DNA of 59,102 nucleotides, the filler included, from Sphacelaria rigidula (lineage: Eukaryota), in the NCBI GenBank assembly GCA_964200075.2. It is 10 parts of 10 records of this genome, joined end to end, with 100 filler letters (N's around TTAATTAATTAA, not from the genome) between each part and the next. Parts side by side here need not be neighbours in the genome. Positions count along the whole stretch, not along the records: positions 47,365 to 53,183 come from CAXNAA020024216.1; positions 53,284 to 59,102 come from CAXNAA020024217.1; 8 more parts are not named here. The stretch is one strand, 5' to 3'. The position numbers were made by a program, and so were the translations under genes. Shown here in pieces: positions 50,810 through 59,102 of this stretch (position 1 is the stretch's first letter; each line of letters opens with the position of its first letter). A model generated the notes under the pieces. That model had not been told where the DNA came from. It did no database searches and was given only the letters and a program-made list of their open reading frames with translations.

Positions 50810-51655
50810 TTACTGCATTGGTCGTACTGGACTATACGTTGGTGACTGTCCAACTTGGACGGTGTCCATAAGCTCTCGGCCTCGCGCCAGAGTCAACAGG
50901 GCCAGTATTTTACCGCCCCTCGATGCAAGTTCGAAGTCACCGCATCGGTTGAATTTCAGTGCACGCTTCACTCCGTATGCCGTCGCCCACTGCAGCGAAT
51001 CTCCCGCTATGTTCAAGGTTCCCGCCGCACCGCCAGCAAATTCTCCCACCTCCTCGCCATCTGCAAGTCGCGCTGCAAACCTACGTTTGTTGCTTTCATC
51101 ATTGTCGAATGCAAGTAAAAGGCGCGGAAGCGCGTCAAACGCCGCGAGGCACACCTCTCTGCAAGGATTATGCTCCATGACAGCCAACACTTTGTCTATA
51201 GCGCTGGAAATCCGAGGTTGTGCCGCTGACATTGCAGTTGGAACGCCGCCAGCTAATGCCAGGGTAGGGAGCGAGCCGCCAGAAGGCCGTGGTAGCGTTG
51301 CCTTGGCCGGTTGTGAGGTCTCACGGCCGAATAATGCTTGTTTTATTTTCCCAGTTTCTTCAGCGTTCGTCGGTGTTGCAGCCGCACATGCTGGGGTGGG
51401 AGTAACTGCGTTCCTTCGCCCGGTATACTGATGCTGAGACGGTGGCAGCATTTCTCCGGTCGTGTACGAGAGAAATAGTTCCACCAGCGCGCGGATTCCC
51501 GCGGAAGCTACCTCCGCATCGTCGCCGAACTGTTGAAGCGTGTTATCCAGAAGAGCCAAACTTCCGGCGCGTACGAGGGCTTCGCTGTTGCTGATTCTAC
51601 CAGCACACTCGCCGCGGCATAAGGCATCCACGGCGCCAAGACATGCCAGCTGTAC
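50810..51655 (-). CDS. Terminal exon of an ARM/HEAT-repeat-like protein
   Basis: Polypyrimidine tract plus TCAG acceptor, then 282 codons to TAA. VQLACLGAVDALC...LVRAGSLALLDNTLQQFGDDAEVASAGIRALVEL and KVLAVMEHNPCREVCLAAFDAL resemble armadillo helices. Confidence 0.7.
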   Translation of the reverse strand, partial: VQLACLGAVDALCRGECAGRISNSEALVRAGSLALLDNTLQQFGDDAEVASAGIRALVELFLSYTTGEMLPPSQHQYTGRRNAVTPTPACAAATPTNAEETGKIKQALFGRETSQPAKATLPRPSGGSLPTLALAGGVPTAMSAAQPRISSAIDKVLAVMEHNPCREVCLAAFDALPRLLLAFDNDESNKRRFAARLADGEEVGEFAGGAAGTLNIAGDSLQWATAYGVKRALKFNRCGDFELASRGGKILALLTLARGRELMDTVQVGQSPTYSPVRPMQ

Positions 51656-54600
51656 CTGACGAGCGCAAGAAGAGAGCGGGACGAGGTGGGGAAGAGAACA
51701 AGGTCCTGATTTTTCGGTTGTTCGTAAAGCCTACACCCCAGGTCATCCCTCGAATCCATGGTCAACATACATAATTAAGCATATTGTGAACGGCAACATT
51801 CGGACCCAGGGGGTTGCCAACAATCCCAGTTGGTCGCCATCCTGCACAGCAATCACTCATGCCCACTTCGATTCGAGGTCTGCCAAACCTATCGTACGCT
51901 TTTGCCGAGGGGACTCTCTGGGCCTGCTTCCCCGATGGTTCTGGGTTTGCCTTGGATTGGGGCTTGGGGAGGTAACGAAGTGGGGAAAGCCACCACCTCT
52001 CTATTTGTGTCCGAGGAAATGCGGGGGCGCAGTCTTCAACATGTTCCCCTTGATTCTTTCTGTAGCTCGGCAGATAAGACTACATCTGCGAGCTCGTCCA
52101 GTAGCTTGCACCTGACAAAAGCGGCAACGATAGTGATCCACTGACCGGCAGCAGCAATCTTCGTGCACTGTGCGATGAATCCATGTGGGTATCGACGTCA
52201 GTTTTGCTGCTCCGCAAGAATTATATGAAAGAGAAAGTGACTGGGTAATTAAACAGTGGTGTGTCACAGCCCTCCCATCGCAAGAAACTCACGAGGTGGG
52301 TGACGTGTTGCCTCACAGCATACTCATTTTCATCTAGACCGTACAAGCTGTCAACAGTACAGGAGGAGAGTACATGTACCGACGATTGAACTCATCCGCG
52401 CCGCAGCAGCTAAGACCAACTCTTGATGTATGGCACCCGTTCAAATTGAAAACGACGGCCGATTGTGAACAACAGTTTGTGAAAACCAACTCTTGATACG
52501 GAATAAAGTCAGTGACGATTTTGAACAAAATTGACCTCCACGACAGGGGGCTGGGCGGAGAAAATTGTCGGGCACGGAGCCCCCCCCCCCCTCCTCCCCT
52601 CCCGGAGAGCATTTTTTCGAAGATTGTCATGTTTTCTTCGTTTTTTCTTGTTAATTTTATTGCAAGAAATTGATCAATAAACATTGACAAAACCGAAAAG
52701 TCTGGTGGGCTTTGCGGGGTTTGAAAATTTGCTTCCGCTCCTTGATCGCTCTGTCCCGATGACCTCGGATGCCGGCCACGCTCACACACATGTACGTACA
52801 TGAGCGCACGGTACCGACAGCCTGTAGCGAAAGTAGCAACATTATCTCACGCCTCGCCAACTTGCCCGGACTACTGGTAGATACTCGAGGCACACGACAC
52901 GAAACATGATCCCATAAATGTAATCATGGTAAGTGATGAGCTTGGAGGGGGCGGCGTGTTCGCCATCTCAGCGGTCCCCATGCCAAGGAGCTCTGTACAC
53001 GACAGCTGACCGCATCCGCCAACGCCTCGGCAATATACTAGGGGACAGAAGGCTGGGTGCCCCCCCTCCCCCCCCCCACTGGTGAGACACCCATGAGGGA
53101 GTGTGTAAGCCGTGGCTGTCTCTGGAAGTGACGATACCAAAAAATAAAGCAACTCAATGTAGGCTGTCATCCAAATGCAAGATNNNNNNNNNNNNNNNNN
53201 NNNNNNNNNNNNNNNNNNNNNNNNNNNTTAATTAATTAANNNNNNNNNNNNNNNNNNNNNNNNNNNNNNNNNNNNNNNNNNNNCGCGTTTCTGGTCATTT
53301 TTCGTACCTTTCTTAGGCAAAGAACGAGGAGGTATACCTTTTCTAGGCCATTGCCCTCTTTTGTACCTTGTTTCGATCTGAACGCACAATTTTGGTTTTG
53401 TCGTTGTCGCCTGCATTGTATCACCTTCGCCTGACCTACACCTGTTCACCCACAATATCATCGCTGTACCTAACCAGCAATGATCGTGTTTGAGGCATTC
53501 TCCATATTATTTCGATATTTTTTGTTGCTATTGAATTGGGACAATCAACCCACCATGATCAGTATGTATTTTGCATTTTTATTGTGGCCATGGGGATTTG
53601 TGAAATGCACGTGCGGTAAAGCTTCCAATTTTTTCGGTCTTGATTGATTTTATTTCATCATGCATTCCAACATTTTCTGCATCTCCGGGTGTCGTGTCTA
53701 CCGTAAGATTGTATTGCGTGTTTTATAATTTTGCGCCGCCGTCGTCTTGCTCTGTAAAGCTGCACGATTTTTCAGTTCATGTTTTGGTAATTTTGTATTT
53801 GTCGATCGTGATGTTTATCTCTTGACCGTGCGGGTGTAGGCTATTTGCAGAGCCTTGTCTGTTGCGCTGCCTGTACTCATCATGCTTGAGCAGGATTCCA
53901 CTTGTAATCGTTTCATGTATCTGGTTCGCAAGGCCGAAACGCCGATTTTACCGCCCGGCTCACGACGTTTCGATCTGCGTCACGTGGTATAAAATCGAGC
54001 CATATTTTCACGGACTCAAGGACTTTCAACGCATACTAACCGTGCCCTCTACTACTTCCTCCCTTGTTTCACCTACTCTCTTGCCTTCCACATCCCGATG
54101 AGGGAACCGGCGCTGAACGTAATTGCTTTGGGGAGGACACACAGGAAACACTGAACGGTTTGCTCATGACGGTATGTTCCGGCGTGGAGTGTCAGCAATC
54201 TGGTTTGGTATAGCTAATCCCGTGTAACTTTCTACAGGATTCTGATGGCAGGGTTGTTGCTTTGGTGTCACTTGACAAGATCTCCGTTTTTATCCCACTC
54301 TGGTGATGGATTGTACAGTTTGCATTCAACAGGTTGACTTCTTGACGCACCCTGTACCGTAGTTGACTACTACCTTGTCCCTTCCTGAGACCGTAGTTGG
54401 ATACTACTTTGTTCAGTTGCTGTAAACTTGGCTTTCGATACCATGCAACCACACATATTTCCGTTCAATGTCTTGTTATTACTTATGCAGTAAGCATACT
54501 TGGTTTCCCTGCTGTACCTTTTTGCCCTTCATGCCCAGCGTACCATGCAAGTTGACTGCGCGACTACATACCTAGTCTATGACAGTTTTTACAGACCCTA

Positions 54601-54849
54601 TATATGGTTTTTAGACACCCATTTCACTGATGTGGTCGCTGAACCCCCTTGGGGGGGGCGAAGCACGAGTTCTATATTTTTTGCTGGTTGTTGTCTCGCG
54701 TGCTCACCCTTTGCCACAAACCAACGCGGCCTCCCACCATAAGAACGCCGCATGATCAGAAAAGAAACGCACAAGCTTCTTGACCGAGGTGTTGCTCACC
54801 CAACTTTCCCCGGCAAATTTTGTCGACAACACGATTTTATGTTTGGTAA

Positions 54850-55150
54850 AATTCGCCAAATTCGCCAAATATATCTTTACTGCAGGGTCTCACAGGTTCC
54901 TTAGCCTGTTAATCGATAATACCGACATACAACCAGCCCCCTCCAAACGCAACGCAATTGCTCAGGCGTCACGTCCATACAGTCGAAAAGCTACGTTCAT
55001 TTCTAAACTCACCGGGTACCTTGGACAGTTTGTCCAGGAGCATAGCATTCTAGTCGCCCCGCTGACCGATTTTCTAAATAAGTAGGAAAGCCAATAGTAC
55101 TGCTGCACGATGTAGATAAACGCGCGCTCTCCTTTTGCTGTCAAACTCAT
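54850..55150 (+). pseudogene. Highly decayed Ty3/Gypsy RT-connection fragment
   Basis: IDNTDIQPAPSKRNAI..SRP...LTGYLGQFVQEHSILVAPLTDFL resembles GI.P.P.K..AI...FLG..GY.R.FV..YS...APLTDLL. Confidence 0.6.
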
Positions 55151-55734
55151 GTGCCGTACAACTGCAGCAAGACTTCACCACTTGTCATTTCTGTGCGTTG
55201 TCTCCCTATATTTAATACAACGTACCTCATTATTGTATTTTTATTCGGCATACCTTTTCTATTTTATTTTCGCCATGATTATGTCTACAGTTTCACAGGA
55301 TTCGAGAACGTAGGGGGACGGCTGCTGAAAAGGTTACAGAATTGTACAAATCTTGGCCCCAGAGAGAGTACGTTTCACGCATACTCTTGCGCAATCGTAC
55401 CCTACCCGACGACCCGACGCCATGCTATCGTCTGACACGTTTCCCTTCGAGCTCTGGACTGGCCGTAAACATTACACACCTGCTACCGCTGTCTCAAAAG
55501 CAAGAAGTTCCTTCCATATCCGCCCACCCCATCCGAAACACCTCATAATCAAAGTGTTTGCGTCCCACCTTGAGGGGGACCAAAAACTGGAACGCTACAC
55601 CCACATTCCACCTGACCCCTGAATTTGCCCCCGTGTTGGACTGCATCGCCTGTATCTGTCACCATGTTGGATTGTCGAGAACTCTACGTCGTTTCAAGCA
55701 CTGACGGGTGGGGAAAAGGGAAAGACTTCAAAAC

Positions 55735-56215
55735 GGGGGGGGGCGTACTCATCTGTTTCGATCATCCAAGTAATTTCCTTAGCTGCTGTAATCTGCACTC
55801 TTCCCAACTTCTTTACCAACTTCACTGCATCCAAGTATTCTCTGAGCTGTTGCAATCTGTACCGTTCCCCACTTCTTCACTAATTTTATTGCATCCGAGT
55901 ATTCTTTCAACTGCTGCCAGTTGCACTGTTTCCAATTTTGTCAGCAACTTCACCCCTTGCTTTGCCATGTCTAATGCTAGTATCAGGTCATCAAAGAATA
56001 CCTCGAGTAGAGAGGATGATAACGTTCATCCTGGTGCGACTACTTGCAAAATACCGAAATATTTCGATATTTCCCTGTCTAGCATCATCGCACTTTTGGC
56101 ACACTTCTGTCGTCTTTATTGCCCACACCTTTCTTTTGACCACAGTTCCTCATATATTTTCCCACAGCCCATTGCCCCATTCTGCGTCATGAGCCTTTTG
56201 CACCTGTATCACCCC
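55735..56215 (-). pseudogene. Decayed, internally deleted LINE RT fragment of the same family as 10865-11035
   Basis: VQKAHDAEWGNGLW...CAKSAMMLDREISKYFGILQVVAPG*TLS...VFFDDLILALDMAKQGV and KLVKKLGRVQITAAK. Confidence 0.75.
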
Positions 56216-58832
56216 ACAGTTTCTTCGACCCCGCCATCGCACTCGAAGCACCCCGCTTCCACCCGTAGTGATGCCTTGAAGCTTTTGCCCATAGGTGCTA
56301 CCTCCTGGAAAGGCTATAGCAGTGCCGAGCTGAAGCGCCACGTGTATGATTTTGGAAATCGCTTTCGGCGAGTACGATACGAAAATGGAGACTGGAAGAG
56401 CTATCTCGCCGGGAACTCGAGCGCCCCAAGCTGGAACGGAGAAACCAAAGATATAATGTAGCCATGGACGTTTACAAACAGCTGTTGTGTGATTTGGTAT
56501 ATGATATTATTTCGAGAGGAATGCGGTGGTGAAATAAGGGAATAAGTAACTATATATCGCTGTTAGCGTACGCTTCAGTCATGAATTTCGAGTGTTCTTG
56601 TATTTTTCTTTTGTCGCCTTGTTATTGATTGCTCCCCATCTGGTAATATACGGGCACATATGTGAGCCAAGGCGCGTGGGCTCTATTTCCAGTAGAATAG
56701 GTGTCAGTAGTTACAAAAGAGCACCCCTCAGAAGCTGCACTTCTGTAACTATTGATCAGTTCGTGGAAAGGTTGTTTTTAGCGAGGTTCAAGCCCCGCAC
56801 TACCCCGGAATTCAGTGTAACTGATCCGGGGTGTCGACGCGCGATGAAGCTAACTAGCCGATCGTTCTCCAGTCTAACTGAGATCCCGGGAAAACGAGAA
56901 CGACAGAGATATTTTCTTTTCCTAACGGATAGAGTTTTCCCCTGCTTATCAGGGTTTACCCATTCATTAGACCTGCAACGAGTTTTCCCCTGTACTGTAA
57001 TTGAGAAGGTTTTTCTCGTTTTACTCTCAGGCGCATGATGCACAGGCTTTGTATTTGTTCTGGCGCTTCCAGCACTCCAAGAAATTGTGTTTAGCCATAT
57101 AAATAAGGCTACGGGGGTGTTAAAGATTTATTGGTCAGTTTCCAGTCGACTAGGTTTTATGTGTCATACTTTGTCATGCTTGGTACCTGATGGGTCGTTC
57201 TACATTTTGTGGTAGATTTGATCTGTCTTTCCTCAGGTGTCACAGCGTTTTGGACTATGCATCTCAACTAGCAAATCAACAGTTAGCCTGTACGCCAATA
57301 ATACAAGAGCATCTACGCCATCACGGACTACGGTATCAGAGGGATCTCTGGTCTTTCTACAATGTAAGCCTGACCTCCATGCAACATATATGTTGTTTTG
57401 GCGTCTGAGCGGCTCATCGGGTATGCAGCGCGACGCTGCGAACATGGGTTGACTCCGCAATTGGTACTGTCGAATTCAATGGATCGATACACTTGATTGT
57501 ATTTAAGCCCGCTAGCCCAGGTGCCCACTGAACTGGTGCCATTCCCAGCTACGCGGTGAGTATCGAATCATGACACAGGTGCGGCCGTAGGCGTGGGCGT
57601 ATACCCCGTCTTTACCACCGTTGGGGTTAGCCATGCGGTGGTATGGAGTGCTGACCACGATGTCCACGCCACACGCAAGGCCGAGGAAGGGGGCCTGTTT
57701 CCCGGCACCCTTCGCGGCTGGCTTTGCCTCCTGGGATACAGACACATGGGTAGTGCAAACGGAGCACCACCTGTCGATATCGAACGAATCGGGACAAGGA
57801 CGAAGGGATGGATGCGGAAAATGTAGCGAGAAAAGTACGGAAGAAAACGCAGTTGTACTGTAATCGAATGCGTGACGAACGGGTATTGAACACAACGATG
57901 TCAAGTGAGTGTACAAGCAAAGAAGTGGGATAATATGATGCTCTCGGTAATCAGGCTACTCCTCGATGAACTGAAAGTGAGAAAACCACCGGCCTGTTAG
58001 TAACTGTGGCATTCCATCAAAGCAAGTACAGCATGTAAGAGTGTGTTGTATTGCGTTGACACAAAGAAGGTGAGAGGTCCCCTTCTAGCGCCTCGTTCCC
58101 CACGTGTGCTGAGTCGTGGTGCCATAAAGAGGGAGTTAGCTAATGCAGTGGCTGGGGTCTGTCAGTATGAGTGCCAGGAGATGCCAAGGTGCCAACTCAC
58201 TAAGCTCCCACGTGGGCAAACCCACACAGACCTATCTATCCTTCCTTGACTTATCACAACGTAGATTCATTCATGTTCAGNNNNNNNNNNTCTTACTCAG
58301 TACAGCCGTAGGGCAGCCATAGAAGCAGAGCGTAGTGATGGCCCAGGGTAGACCACGGCAAGGGCAGCAACTGATCAGATGGGGCGCCGCAATCCAGATG
58401 GGGCGCCCCAACCCTAACGTACGACAGTAGCAAACGCGATAACAACGCGTTACGGAATCCAGGGTCTACGAGCAGACCCGCACAGAGTATATATTGCAAC
58501 GCCTCTGAGCTTTATCACACTAGCCCATCCTAGGCGAGTGCTCATGCAGTTGAATTACATCACCTCGGCACAATGTAATTACGCCGAGGAATTTCGGAAT
58601 TCAACGAGAAAGGGCTCTTCTACACTATAATCGCACAAAAGCATGAAGCGAAGAAAAGATAATCTCTCTCCCACACCTTTAAAAGGCAAGCATCGCTGCG
58701 ATCCGACACATCATCAAACGTTCAATCCACAACAAGGGAAACGTTGTATATACGTGACACTCACGCACCTATGTTGAACAGGACAACACACACGCAAGTC
58801 CATCTACAAAGTAAAGCACTAAATGGTACGCA

Positions 58833-59057
58833 CGCGTAGACTCTCATCTACCAACGGAACAAGGATGGAATGCCAGACAATCCGGGAAGAGGGGAGGTAA
58901 AATGCGGTTGCGGCATAGCATCGCGGCAACTGCTCTGGTCGGACGCAGATCCAAGTGAGCTCCACGTCTTTGTTCAACTCCGTCCCGACACATCCGTCGC
59001 GTATGGCGAGCGTGGCACCCCGCTCGTTTCCGTGGCAGGGCGTTTGAAGTATCAAAC
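58833..59057 (-). CDS. Possible exon of an unidentified gene; a possible next exon lies at about 57616-57730
   Basis: GGCAG acceptor, GTGCGT donor and open frame ...WHSILVPLVDESLR, phase-compatible with CCCAG|EAKPAAKGAGKQAPFLGLACGVDIVVSTPYH. Confidence 0.3.
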
Positions 59058-59102
59058 CTGCCTTTCAAAAGGCGTGTGGCGTGAAGTACAATGCGATGGG
59101 GG

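Noticed and set aside
55625..56461. 278-aa plus-strand ORF
   Set aside because: Mostly the antisense of a decayed LINE RT; not a credible protein
57284..57958. TAGCCTG...CAGGCTA read as a non-autonomous Academ element
   Set aside because: There is no TSD, and homology with contig 8 extends upstream of TAGCCTG, so it is not a terminus

Overview
This is not contiguous DNA. It is ten unrelated contigs of 5821-5819 bp, sorted by decreasing length and joined by 100-bp linkers (N44-TTAATTAATTAA-N44). The contigs are 1-5821, 5922-11742, 11843-17663, 17764-23584, 23685-29505, 29606-35425, 35526-41345, 41446-47264, 47365-53183 and 53284-59102. The DNA is repeat-rich and eukaryotic, with short GT-AG exons and long introns; its style suggests a brown alga or related stramenopile (inference). 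Host coding sequence is sparse: two exons of a FAD synthase/CinA-type molybdopterin-binding domain, the first exon of a plant-type pathogen-related protein, a terminal ARM-like exon and a few orphan exons. Most of the window is mobile DNA: a decayed chromodomain-bearing Ty3/Gypsy element with its 3' LTR, LINE RT remnants, tRNA-derived SINEs, several MITE and foldback families, and phased palindromic arrays. The best novelty candidate is a decayed PIN/XPG/Xrn1-like nuclease plus Cys-rich CXC gene (Academ-like architecture) in contig 8, which I can reconstruct across a clean MITE insertion. No multi-gene system can be inferred across the linkers.
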